Positions 13,201-28,041 of a DNA stretch of 64,000 nt are shown in pieces. The stretch comes from Daphnia carinata (Eukaryota): assembly GCF_022539665.2 (NCBI RefSeq), contig NC_081333.1:11036001-11100000 (forward strand), written 5' to 3'. The position numbers and the translations under genes were made by a program. The notes below the pieces were generated by a model. It searched no databases and was not told the origin of the DNA. It saw only the letters and a program-made list of their open reading frames with translations. The first letter of the stretch is position 1. The number at the start of each line of letters is the position of its first letter.

Positions 13201-16200
13201 TTTTTTTTCTTTTTCTTAACGATGATTAGTCATCAAACGTAATGTGCATTTTTGGCAGACTCGTAAACCGTCATGTTACGGCACACGAGTAATAATAGGG
13301 CGAGAAAAATTTCATTAAGCTCTACATATCGACGTGAGCTAAAGAAAAAGGTTGGCTATTATATGTGTGTGTATGATGGGCCTTCTTTATGATTTCCTAC
13401 TGTTTCCTTACAGTCACGCACGGTCACGTTTTTCTCCCCCCAAAAAGGAAGAAATGAATACGAGAATATGGAGAGACTATAAATAAGATGTCGTAACGTG
13501 GCGGTGTGGCTACATAGGAAGCTAGAGGGAATTGAATCGATCTATTCTGTTCACGTCGCGCACATTATTGTCAACGCTCTACTAGAAAAAGACAAGAAGA
13601 AAACGCCGCTGAGCACGTCTTTATCCCTTTTTCTCTTAAGACTATTGTGTCCCTCGGTGGGGGTCCGTATTTATTTAAACATCATTCTTTTCTTTTTCGG
13701 ATTTTCTGTTCCAAACACACAATATGTTACTGACAGAATTTTATGTTCTTTCCTTGTATTGTTTTTTCACGACTTTTATTCACTTAATATCGATTGCGTT
13801 TCTCTGTATTATATCATCACTACTGTCCAATGTTCATCCATCGTTAAATCACCATGTAGCGTGCCGAGACCTCCTACGTTTTTATCGACCTTTTTCTTTC
13901 CTATGCTAAAACTACGTCAAATAAACAAAGAATACAAAAAAATCAAGGCAAATAAGAGTGTGGTATATATGGAGACATCAAAGAAAGGCACATCAGAGTC
14001 ACTTTGATTTACGTGCAGTGCACCTTGCTGTTACAATTCACCACACACGAACAATCCTTGCTGTCGGTTATCTTTAATATAGCTATAACAAAGTCACTTG
14101 CTGATGCGATATTTCAAGACAAAAGAATTTTCAAAAGGCCAACTCGTAATAAGAGAATTGCTGTTGATAATGAATTTTGACGTCGTGAAAAGGAGTCCAA
14201 AATTACATTTGAACAAAAGAAGTTGAAAGGTGAACATGAGCTGCCGGACCAACAACGATAGCTACAGTGAATAAAGAAACTCGTCTGTACCTCTCCTTCC
14301 ATTCCGAGATTGAATTTTCCCTTTTCTTGAAAAGAAATAAAAGTTTTCACGTAACAAAGCATAGCGATTTCTTTTTATTTTCTCCGAAAGTGCTGCTGAT
14401 GCGATTTCAAGCTACGCAATCGTACTATACTTGTCGTTTATAAATGTAGGTACAAACAAGACGAGAGAGCGCACATCACAACAGAAGCCATCACCACCAG
14501 GAGCCAAACAACCCAAGCCGAAAGAAATAAATGTGTCTAATGCATTCAGTAAAGTTGTCGAAACCCATCAACAAAGCCAGGACTGAGTAGGGTTCCATAC
14601 AAGGATCGACATCATTCTCGTTCTTTGAGTATCAAAACGCATTTTATTTTTAACACTGTTTTTTTATTAGTATTTTTATTCGTTTCATGATACTAAACAC
14701 TTTTACATGTATCGTACATCACACATTTACGACATAGTAGTAGAAGCGATCAGAGACATAATACACAAGTATCCGCTGTGTGTGTCTGTCTGCGTATTGA
14801 ATATATATAAATAAAGCATAAGGGTTCGCCTACTGGCACGAATGTAAGGAAAAGTTGAAAAAAAAGAAGAAGAGTGGTCGTATATATTGTATAGGGCCAT
14901 CGATCCTTTTCACAATTATTCCCGGCGCACGACCATAAAAGCCTCCATCATCTTTCTTATTCGCCCCCGTCCGACAGCGGGAGCCCGCCGATGCAGCAAC
15001 AGCGGCACAGCAGTAGCACGTTTTCTCATTTTCTTTTCTTAAAAAGGGCAAAAGCGCTTGAAAAAAAAACTAAATAGCTTATATAACCCACCACTACCAC
15101 CAACCATCTTTTTCAGCTTGGCTAGTTTATATATTTTTTTTTTTCGTACACGTCAACCCCATCGTCTTTACTCCTCAAATTCACGGACCGTCGCTTCAAG
15201 GCAAATGTCTGCTCCTACCCTTTCACATACAAAAAGATATTTTTGTATTACGCCCAGTAGCAAAGAACTCATGAGGAGGATTATATTCTGTAGAAAAGCC
15301 CACACGCATATACTGTAGAAAATTATTCGCAACGTGTAGTATAGTGTTCGGGCAGAAAACGTATCATCATTTTAAACAAACACAGGGGGAAAAATGGAGC
15401 AAAACAAAGCGTACTAGGCCTTAACATTTTATTCCATCAAGTCCCAGTCAGTGACATGAATAATTACTCTCGTGTTTCCTGACATTCAACGATCAAGAGC
15501 TGGCCCCACGGTCGTTATTCACTTTCAATTCATCAATAACAAACAAAAGGGAGTGCCGAGCGTCGTGATATCATTCCAACTTGGAATGCATACCTTAAAC
15601 AATTTCGTGAAACTTACGTAAAGCTCACCCACTATTTCCCTGGTTTATCTGGCACATAAAAACTTGCTACTTCCAAGAAAATTTAGTATCACTTCTCTTC
15701 TGGAAGCGTGAGGGAATAATGGTAATTTCATCTGATGCTTTATTGAAAAGCTACTCAAGTTTTATGGCTTGGGGATGAATCCAGCAGACAAGTGGCTGGA
15801 GACAGCTCGCATGCAAGTTGTATTGATACCCATATACACAATATATCGGAGAAGACGATAAAAATCGTAAAAAAAAGGAGAATCGCTGTCATAACTCCGT
15901 CGTCCCCTTTTGGCGTACACTTAAAAAAAAAAAGTTGGGAGATAGTCAAAATATGGAAACACGCACACACAATAGAAATGAAGGAAAGAAGAAGACTCAT
16001 TCAGAGCGGGAGTTAAGGACAGGAGTTGGAAAAAAAAATCATTTTTAATATATAAGAATACTTGGCATTATCGAGCGATACATCAGGCCAAATTGGAAGA
16101 CATGCCAGGCTGGAGAGAGAAACGGAAGAGATGAGACAACAATAATTTTTTTTAAAGACCAAGCAAATTTTCTAAAATAATTATCCATCGATCAATCAAC

Positions 16201-17020
16201 GACCGAGTATCAAATTTTGTCTTTGTTTTTCTCCATCTTTCTTTCCTAGAACGAGATAAAAACGAGTCACGTGGTTGAGCATGTGGCAAAAGGGAAATTA
16301 TTCGATGGACTCCACACAAAGAGAATAGCCGGAATAATAAGAAGAAGCACGTTGAACGGATAGCAAAGGCCAGGCATGTGGAGGAATGTTAAATCGGTGG
16401 ATTAACAAGTTCCAAACAGAACAAGAAAAAATGTAGATGGTCCGCATAGGCAGGAAGAAAAGGATTGAAAAAATAAAAGCGTGTCACGCAAGAGTTTTGT
16501 GTTTTCTCTGGTTGGCGAAAGAATCAAGGCTACTAGACGTTCATAAGGAAAGGGGTTTGTGCGACATTAAACAAACTTCGAGTTTTCGAATGCGTCCAAA
16601 CGGCAGGAGAATTTGGTTTTTAAAAAAGGAGGATAATCGAAAAGTTGTGTGTTCTTTTGTTTTAATATGGCAATCAAAGAGTGGTTGAGCTATATTGTTG
16701 GTTTCTTCTTCGTTAGAAGGATATTAGTCAATATCATTGCTCAAGTGGGAAAAAAATTTTAAAAATAAAATATCAACAGATTAAATTGAGTCGATCGAGG
16801 AGAAGAAAGCAATGTGCGTGATGGCCAGCGCAACGGGAGTGGGAGTTTACAGCAAATTAGTGTTGCGCATTTTGTTTTTTGTTTTTTTTTTAGACGGGGG
16901 TCAACGATGAACGTACAGTACAAATGATATTTCAGACTAAGTTGTGGTATCCAAGACAAATAATAAAGAGAGAGTAAGAGTAAGAGAGAGCTGGGATGAT
17001 ATGCACTGGCACCAAGTCGA

Positions 17021-18510
<1,490 letters not shown>

Positions 18511-21500
18511 GGTGAACTCTTGTGAATAGACCTAAGCACACAATGTTGAAATAGTTAATCAGACCCAAGCCTAACTCACTATGTCAAACATTCAGATAAA
18601 ATTTAAAAAAAGAATCATTGTCACTAACACCAATTAGTTGTCAAGTTGAACTAAAATCGAAACGAAATCAACGGAACAAAAAAAAACGAGAAAATAGTTC
18701 TTTAAACTTTGAAAGGTGTCAGATAGGTAACGGAGCTTGGTTAAAACTTTCAAACGGCCACCGAGTCGTGTCAACAGTTCACTGCAAGTACCGAATCTAA
18801 GCGTAATTTCAAAAGGTAGGCAAGATCGATCAAAACGAACAACGATTTTTAATTTGACGCCGTTTGTGACAAAATGAAAAAGTTTAAAACGGAAGTTTTG
18901 ACATTTTTGCTTCTATTACAAGCAGTAAAGAAAACCCAACTTACGCTCTATGCAAAGGCGGGGCATTACAGCGGCAAAACTCTAAACTAAAGCTCTGTGC
19001 CGCTTGCAAATTGGCAACACGGCTTTTGGAGGAAACCACGCCTCTCTTTTTTCAGATTTTTTTTGTCGACCCCAAAATGTGAGAGCATTGCAGTACGAAA
19101 TGGTGAGTCCCTTCTTTTTTTTACCATGACGCTACGCTCGTGTGAATAGACAGATAACCGTTACGAATTCGCCATACTCGAGACCTCATCGCGTCGTTTC
19201 AAATATTGATGTCACTTAGCCTGACAACTAATTCTATCACTGATCTCGGGCTATTGGTTACCTGTTTGCTTTGACAAATCGATTTGTTTGCCTACCAACA
19301 ATGTAAAACCATGCGTCTTGAAGCCTGCAAATTCGTTTGCCCTTTTGTTTGTATGACACGTAATTACGGCATGTTAAAAACCGGTTTTACAACGGTTCGG
19401 CAAGCAGCCTCCATTGTGCTCATGTGCGAGAGCACTACAACACAGTACAAACAACGAAAATGGATAAAAAGAGCTTTGGTTGTATACAAATCGACCGGAA
19501 ATACTTCGTCTCACGCACACGGTCTTTTATGGAAATACCCCCACCCCCTTTTTTTTTTGTAGACAACGCAGTATTTCTGTTGGGTTTGTTCTGGGTGGTT
19601 CAGTGAGGAAACCGGAACCCTCGTTTGTATATACGTTAGCCTTTAGAAGAGGCCGCGCCCTGATTTCTTTCTTTTCCATTTCCTCAGCATGAAATATTCA
19701 TGTTTCTGGGTCTTAAAACAGATGCGCTCTTTGAGCTGTCTTTTTGTAAACAAATACGCGCCGACAACTTGTGAGACATGATTCATATTGAAGTGATGCT
19801 AGACCACCCGCTGCGATTTAGCATTTTGTTGCAAATGGATTGGAAAGAAAGCGATTTAAGCCTCCAGCATACATACGATGATCCCGGAGAAGTCACAGTT
19901 ATATGTAAAAAATGAAACAGTATGGTAAATGACGTCAATGTAACATCGTAATGATAAAAAGAAAAATATTTTCGAAACATATGGAATTCGAGACCTATCG
20001 ACTCCCTTTGGGATATCATTTGCTTCTAAATTTGAAACATCAAAGCAATTTTACAGCAAAACGCCATCAGCTAGTTATTTGGTTCTCACCATTATTTTTT
20101 AAACGTGACTAAGCAAATGTGTGGGTGCAAAGTCTTTTAGGTTACTCACACTTCCGTATTGCTCTATCTGCTTAACGAAGGGCTTTCCACCATTTTCTGA
20201 CCAAATTCAATTGAACGAATTAAATAAACTACAACGTGGGGTGTATAGATTACCAGGAATTCAATATTTTTGTAATAAGTTTTCTTAAGACCATTTTTTT
20301 TTTTTAGAATGGACATGATAAATGGTCAAACCAGCAACTACACGGTAATAAATTCCGCTTTTTTTGCGCATTTGCAGTTTGCGAATGATGGAAAAAATTG
20401 CTGTTGATGGCCTAACATATCCAGAACACCCAGTAGCCTGCAACAAAATAGGTCACATTGCTGTTTAGCGAAGCATTTTCTACGTTACGGAAATTCGGCA
20501 TGGTAAAATGTTTCGATTATAAAAAAGGTTTTCTTTTTTAGTTTTTGTTGTTCAACAGATTTTTAAAATTGACTCAAAACATAAAGAAGCGCAAGACTGC
20601 TGAGAAAATAAAATGTAAAACAGTCATATGCAGATAAAAAAATATGCGTCGTTAAACTGGAAAGTCAACGATAGAATTTATAGCCAACACCCAGGAAATA
20701 GCCTAGCTTTTGATTTGAACTGCGTATCCTTTTTATTCCGAAACTTTGAGCATCCATAAAGGTGTCAAATGACCCGAAAACGAAAAGGAAAGCAATATGG
20801 AAGCTGCGTAATGGATTGCAAACGCATCGATATGCAAAAAAAAAAGCAAACTTGCGCACATTAGCACATTAGTGCGCATCGCCAACTAATGTGAAGAAAT
20901 TGTCAAATGTGAATTATTGTCAAGAAGGAAATGTCGAAGACCTACTACAACGTACTACTCCAAATAATAAAAATGTTACACCGATTCGGTGTTTAGAGTT
21001 ATCATTTCTGCTCGTGTTACAGGAAGTATCAAGTCCACAAGTACAGAGAGATAAACCGTTATCCTCGTAAAAAAATTAGCTGAATTTCATCATCGTTTTC
21101 TACAACACGGAAATGTCAGTGTGACACTTTGACCTTCTAATAGGCAAGAATGGAATTTGTAAAAAAAAGTTAAATATAAATAGTTATTTTTCACATGATC
21201 ATGTCACCTTGTAGAAATGGAATTAATTCAGTGTAACACATATTTTCCCTCTATAAAATTGTATTGCTGGAACAGCATCAATCATTTCTACACCAAAAGA
21301 CATATTTCTGACTATAATGAGCTGCAGGTCTTTATTCAATGTTCGATTACAAAATCATTGAGAAAACAGCAATTTATAAAAGGCCTATATATATAGTTAT
21401 TCCCTCCACAGAAAAGACTTGAGACGAACGACATGGTTTCCATTGGTACAAGTTTAAAAATTGCAATTTAAATGCTAGAATCAATTTGACGATATCATTA

Positions 21501-21590
21501 GAGATATCCAATCTGAGAAAGGTAACGAATGACATATTCTTTTAGTGGAGTCTCCTATATATAGTACAGCCATTTCCATATTTTCGTTCC

Positions 21591-22649
21591 TTAGTTCAAG
21601 ATCTGAATGGGGAACTGGAAGCACATATTGAAGGGGCTCGCAGTCAATTTCCATCTTACATCATAGCGGCGCTATAATTTCAAAATTCATAAAAATAGCA
21701 AATCGTAAACCATATCGCACGTTTAAAAAAAAAATGTAATAGACATGTTTACGGTAGGGAATCCTCGACTGACGGGAAGAACGTAGCGATAAGTTTGCAT
21801 CACGTTCGGCTGGATCGGGCAAGTCATAGTGGCACAGGCGTTGGTGTTCATGTTTGGCAAGGGGAGTTCCAACATTCTGTTGGCCCAGAAGGCTCTTCCA
21901 GTGACTTGGGACGCGCCGACAGCTAAACAAGATATCAAAAGAATGTTGCGTTAACATACTTGCCAGCGGAAGGGGGGAAAATCCTTTTTTAAAAATAGGA
22001 TACCCCGTTAAGTATAGCAAACAGGGAAAATCTCAACTATTGTAGATTTCTGCCGAAATGCAGACAGGAAACGACAACATTTACTAGTATTACACTTGTT
22101 ACTTACTTGGCGTAAAATCAACCTCGATAGTAACATTGGTTCCTTTTTTCAATACACAGGGGCGGCGTTGCAATGCCTCCGGGCACGGAGTGATACGAAC
22201 TTCCTTTATAGTCCCCGTTCCATAGTCTATATTTTGAAACAGCATCTTATTAGTTGGTGATACGCGTTAGCAGATTACATTACAACATTTCCAGCAGTAT
22301 AGGCTTCATAGACACTTGTCAAGAGGGCTACAACAATTTTTTAAAATTATCGCTATGTAAATTTTATCACGTTCTCCGTGGATGCATTTTCTGCGTTTTG
22401 AGACATCTGGCTAATGAAAAATCACGGAGACCATGAAACGAAATTAAAAGACGTAAAACGCATATGCCCTTTACAATTGCATACACGACAATTCTAAAAG
22501 GCCCAACACAGAAGGCGGAGTAGGAGGGAAATATGAAAAGGTATAAACTTACTTCCTCCTCTCTGGCATGCGGCTACCGAAAGAAGCTTTTCAGCATAGC
22601 TGATGCTGGGAAGGGCAATAAGAATCAGGAGGAGTAAACGGTTTGCCAT
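21591..22649 (-). CDS. Secreted NPC2 / ML (MD-2-related lipid recognition) domain protein, 4 exons
   Basis: Exons 22649-22553 (signal peptide MANRLLLLILIALPSISYA), 22226-22107 (EVRITPCPEALQRRPCVLKKGTNVTIEVDFTP), 21922-21753 (NACATMTCPIQPNVMQTYRYVLPVSRGFP), 21671-21591 (VRWKL..MCFQFPIQILN*). Six cysteines in NPC2-type spacing. Confidence 0.88.
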
Positions 22650-23767
22650 TCTTAGTACGGGAGCGACGACTTGCAACGACACAGAATAAATTGGTACAAC
22701 CGCGAACAAGAAAATATTGCCGACTAAAACTCTCACCCAAGTTTAAATAGGCTTCTGAAGTGCTCTTTCTCCCCAATAGCATCGACGGATTCTTTCAATC
22801 ATACACACTTGTGTCCCCACGTCAACGCTCTTTCGACTTTTTTTGGGCGGAGCTTCTTGTGTGCGCTTCAACCAACAGCTACTTTCAATTTCAAATATCC
22901 CACATGACCCCTTTGAAATGATCAAGATACTTCTTTTTTTTGCGTTCGTACTCTGTGTAAAAAAAAACTTTACTGGTCCACTTTATACTTCGTCTAGTGA
23001 GTCATTTTATCAACGCATCCATTTCCGATCCAATGACCCTGAAATCAGTTCGAATCAGCTAGCGTTGTGCCAATATCGTAAACAGGAACTGTTGGGAACC
23101 AGGCGTATTATATGGAGTCAGTTGATACGAATTTATAACAAACTGATGCACTCTTACTACAAGCGATTATACGCAATAACAAAAATAGATAATTCTTCAT
23201 GCATTTCGTCTACTATCACAAAACCAGACAGAAATGTCTCCCAAACCATGTCTGGCAAAAGAATACATATCTACAATGCTTCTGAACCAGTGTAATAAAA
23301 CACGCTGTCTATCTTGTTGCATAGAGATGCGAGCAAACAGTGGCAATTTCACTAACGACGTTGGTATCTCTATTCTGTATAACAATTAATTGGGATTCGT
23401 AAAACTTATACTCGATGTTGGTTAATTGGACGTCTGCGAGAAAAAGCAATAGAATTGGGGCATCTGGATCTGGTTTTTCCTGAGAGCCACTGCATGTTGT
23501 GGGACTGCCTCAGACATCAGTAAGTTGGTTGAGAGATCACATTTCAAGGGTGTTTCGAATAGAATGCCAAGTTAGCTATATTATTGATAAACTTACCTGT
23601 GTTTAGCCTAATAACTTGTTATGCCAATAACTTTTCAAAGAAGTCGTGCATGCTCTGTCTTCCATTGTTTCTTGAGGTAACGACAATGATAAAGAAGTGA
23701 ATTTAAAAAAAATTGCGTAACCTCACCGTTAGATGGCTACTAATGTAAACTTGACAGCAAGACAAAA

Positions 23768-26700
23768 ATGACAGATTTCAATCACAAACACGAAAAGGTG
23801 ATTTTTTTACAATGTGTTCATTATATTTATAAAGACACTTAGAAATTCTGTAAGCTTAGGGCATCAATATAGGATATAGTTTCATTTACAATCACGTGAT
23901 TACGTTAACTGTCGTACTACTTCTCACTGTCTCTGTTCTTACTTGTTTCAAGCTCAATTACTGCATCAAAATGTATTCAAAATTTTATTGTGGGTGTTTT
24001 GGTGTAGGTACTGTTGGGACTAAGCTTCCTACAAGATGCTGCTTCTAGAAGTTCACAGCTTACAAGTGGAATGGTCAACATTTTGACATCATTTGAAGAA
24101 CGGTTGGCAAGGCTTGAAAAAACCATTTTGCCTGTATATCATGAAACAAAAAATTTGCAGCAAAAGCAAGAAAGTAAATTATACATCCTTATTTATATCT
24201 TCAGTTCAAGTTTGATGACTAATGCATTTTTTTTTTTTTAGACATTGACAAAACCTTAGCTTCCTTGGATCATGTGATTGGCTACTATAGTGTCAGCAAG
24301 GAAGTTGAGCCTGTCATTAAAGAAAGCCCTTCAAGCCAAGGACTGGATGTTTTTCTCCAATCTCTTGGTAGACTCCAGGAAGCAATGCATTTCTTTGAGA
24401 AAAATAATCCTCAGAGTGTGGAGTTGGAAAATGTGGTAAGTATCTTTTAAGGTACAAATAAGTAAATAAATTTTTGAACATTTTTGCTAGATGAGCTTGT
24501 TTGAAACGGGGAAAGATAACATAATTAGTGAGTTTAAAGAACATCTAGCCAAACACAGTCACGTAGTTCCACCCATCGCAGTGCTGGAAGCTCTTGCAAC
24601 TGATGAGGGTAAATTCCATTGGCCTAAAGTGTGACAGATTTTTTTAAAATTTAAATTCCCTCATTTTGAGTTTCAGAAGAGATAAATGTGAATCACTTCT
24701 CTGCAGAAATCAAAGATAATCTGATGCAAATAGCTGACTGGCTAATAACCCACAATGAAGATGACTTCATGAATGTATTGTTTACATTAAAACTGCTGGT
24801 ATATCAGCTATGTTTCTAAATGTTCTATCGCAGGTGTACGCTCGATTCCGAGCAAATACGGTGCAAAAAACTCTTCTTGGTCTACGAGATCACTTAAGGA
24901 GTTCATCTGTTGGGGCTGTGAGTCACCAAGGCGTCAGTCCAATCGCTCCTATGTCTGGGACGTCTACTTTGCTGGTTAGCTGATTGTTTTTGCATTTGAA
25001 TACCAGTTTTAACAACGGCTCTCTATTACATTTAAAATTTCTGTAGGCAAAATCGAGTGTTAAATCCAATTATGACACCCCAAGTCGTAAGACATCTAAG
25101 AAACTTCAGCAAATGCTTGAGCGTAAAGCGAATCAGATGCTGTTGAAAGCCTCGCAAACCTTAGAAAGTTCAACAGGACTAGCTTTGGGCTCAAGAAGAT
25201 CTGCCGCAGGTAGGAAGAGAAATCACTATTCCTTTTTTCTTTGGCCCTAACAATGCCTCTGTGCAGACATTATAAAGGAAGACTCTGTCGAAGAACAGGA
25301 AATTGAATCTTTTTTCACGGAATTTACGGCCCTGTTGCGACTGTTGCAAAGTGAACTTCGTCTCATGCTGGGCATTATACCTTTACCGCACCAAAAAGCA
25401 GTTCTTTCGATAATCCTCAGGGACGCACTGGAAATGATTTGCCATGATGCCGAGGTTTACAGATTCCGAGTTAAATTTTAGCGAGTTTTATAACTTGAAG
25501 TACGTTTTAAGAGTTTAAGCGCTCGAGCTCGGAGAAGCGTTTCGCGGCTAGAATTTGGCCCAGTTTTACTACTTTTCCCAGCCTTACGCCACTTGGTGTG
25601 CTTAAAGGGTGACTGTGATAAATTGCTCGAAGGATGCGATTCTTCAGTGCGAACTCGTTTTTACGGAATGGTTAACAATCTTCACACAACGGTATCAATA
25701 CTTATACGTAGGCTTTATCGGTTTTTCTCATTACGATATGATTATTAGTGTGGCAAAGCTCTTGAAGATTTCGCTGAATCGGTTCGTTCCGAATCTGCAG
25801 CTCCATTACCCAAGGATGGCACTGTCTATGAAATGACAAGTAATGTGGTCCTGTTCCTAGGTCAACTGACCGATTTATCCGACACCGTCGGTCCTCTCCT
25901 CGCCCAAGACCAAAGTTATTCAAATGCCTTAGTGCACACGCAACCTTGGCCAAAACCACAGAGGAACAGAGCTTTACTCGGACTCTACATCAGTATTTAT
26001 ATTTTAACTATTAGATCTATATTTGAGTTTTATGCGGCCAGACAAATAACTTACGTCTTCTTTTTTTAAAGAGAAAGTCTTGGTCCAACTTAATTTGACA
26101 TTGGTAACGAAAAGTGATGCCTATAGCGATTCATCACTGCGCTACATTTTCCGTTTAAATAACAGCCACTATCTGTTGGGGGCTCTCCAACGCAGTGGGC
26201 TTTTAGACCTCTTGAAGGTAACATCTAGCGATTATTTGTGATCATTGATAGATCAAGGATAAGTTGAATTCGAAGCATTATCTCATTAAAAATGAATAAC
26301 TTAATCAGGTTGTGGAACCAGAATGTGAAACTATTTACCGAGAAATGATCAACGAACAGAAAAGACTCTATTCTCAAAGGTAAGTAACATTCACTGATAT
26401 CTTTGCAGAATTTTCTCATGTAAGTTTGTTCGAAAAACTCTTAGTTGGAACAAAGTTTTGGCTCCTATCTGGAACTCGGAAGATGTTCCAGCTTCCGTAC
26501 TTCTTTCCGGAAGGCTCCGTGAAAAGGATAAAGCGTTGATAAAAGAAAAGTTTTCGGCAAGTACCCAAATAGAGCATAGATTTTACATTTTGGTTCACTA
26601 TTTACATCACAATTCGACAAAAAGACTCTCAACAAGGAGTTCGAGGAATTGTCCAGAGAGCAGCGAGGTTATTCGGTGCCAGACGTAGAACTTCGCGAAA

Positions 26701-26861
26701 GTCTGAAACGAGATAACAAAGAGTACATCCTGCCGAAGTATCAGGCCTTCTATGACAAGTACAGCAACGCCCAGTTCAGCAAACATAGTGAAAAATACAT
26801 CAAGTACTCACCGGCCCAAATTTCATCAGTAATTGATACGTTCTTTGACGTAGCTGCATGA
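23768..26861 (+). CDS. EXOC7: Exocyst complex component 7 (Exo70), ~14 exons
   Basis: First exon 23768-23797 (MTDFNHKHEK) joins in phase to 24008 (..GMVNILTSFEERLARLEKTILPVY). Internal LPKDGTVYEMTSNV and IFRLNNSHY; end YSVPDVELRESLKRDN..YIKYSPAQISSVIDTFFDVAA*. Last intron 26557-26624 is GC-AG. Confidence 0.93.
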
Positions 26862-27172
26862 ATTTGAAAAGCATTATAATTAACAAGAAAACCATTCTGA
26901 TTGTATTTTCAACACCACTTTAAATTTATTACAAATTGAATTTCAATAGCGACAAGTCTGAATTCTTTTTAAACAATAGAGATAATTCAGTCAGAGAAGA
27001 CTCATGGCATGTACACTTATACAGGCACATTACATTTCATGAAAAAATATGACTCCGATAAAACTTCAAGCTTTTCAAGATTAGAGAGCAGGATAGACAC
27101 ATGCGACAACACGTAAAATGGTTCTCCTTATTTTCTGCTTAATACTAGTGACAACTCCGTCTTAGAAAGACA
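26862..27172. repeat. 3' part of tandem-duplication copy A (Exo70 3' UTR plus the tail of the convergent MYND-gene region)
   Basis: Closely matches 34903-35213 (e.g. gagagcaggatagacacatgc, aatactagtgacaactcc). Similarity stops at 27172. Confidence 0.9.
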
Positions 27173-27207
27173 CTAATAACTAGTTAAATTGTATCAGTTA
27201 ATAACTG

Positions 27208-27827
27208 GTTTGAATAGAATGCCTAGTTAACTGTTTTACCGATAAACTTACCTGTGTTTAGGCTAATAAGTTGTTATTAGGGCTCGGCCCCGATCGTCTT
27301 TGATCGGGGCAAACCGCGGTTTTTCATTTTAAAATCGTCAAACCGTCGGTTCGGTTTGGTCATTTTTCACTGCGGTTCGGTTTTCGGTTTGCAGCTGGGC
27401 AAAACCGGTTGGAACCGCCATTAAAATTTTTTTTTTTAAATTTTGCTGAAATTCCAAATCAAGTAATTATCACTAATTGTTGTGAGCGTAATGACGATCA
27501 GCAACTTGTTGTAAATCAAATTTCCGATCAGACTTGTAGGCATCGCGATCGAAAATTGGTCGATCCTTTCGCCATCTAGCGACAAAATCTGTTACTGCTG
27601 TTATTGTACCTATGCAAACCGCAAATCCGCGGTGCAAACCGTCAAACCGCGGTACAAAACGTCAATCCGCGGTTCAATCGGTTTGAAAAAAAAAACGGCA
27701 AACCGAACCACACCGGTTTGTCCTTTAAAAAAAAAAAACCGCGCGGGTCGGCCAAAATCGTGCCCGATCGTCGCGGGGCCGAGCCCTAGTTGTTATGCCA
27801 ATAACGTTTCAACGAAGTTGTGCATGT
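27208..27827 (+). repeat. Duplicated Exo70 upstream sequence (start of tandem-duplication copy B), interrupted by a MITE
   Basis: 27208-27277 plus 27797-27827 match 23552-23652 (gaatagaatgcc..gataaacttacctgtgtttag..ttgttatgccaataac..gtgcatg). Confidence 0.9.
27278..27788. mobile_element. Non-autonomous hAT-like MITE, 511 bp
   Basis: TIR TAGGGCTCGGCCCCG / CGGGGCCGAGCCCTA; perfect 8-bp TSD GTTGTTAT (27270-27277, 27789-27796); many subterminal AAACCG/CGGTTT motifs; empty site visible in the paralogue near 23615. Confidence 0.92.
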
Positions 27828-28041
27828 ATGTATGGCAATCCGTTTTACATAAAAAAAAAAAAAAAAAATGGCGGAAAAAAAAAAAAAATCGCACTTTTTT
27901 CTCTTTTTTCTACCCGTAGCCATCTATCAGTCGGTTTCGTTATTACAGGCATGTAAGCAATTTGAGTTAATTGTATCCCATTAGCAGTTAATTGAGTAGC
28001 GTGGCTGGAGAACAACGCGTGGCTGGAGGAACAATTGAAAA

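Noticed and set aside
10300..17020. Short ORFs between SSUH2 and G-alpha-i
   Set aside because: Low-complexity translations, consistent with long 3' UTRs and intergenic DNA.
22843..23295. 150-aa plus-strand ORF
   Set aside because: Non-ATG start, lies in the divergent NPC2/Exo70 promoter region, no recognisable homology.
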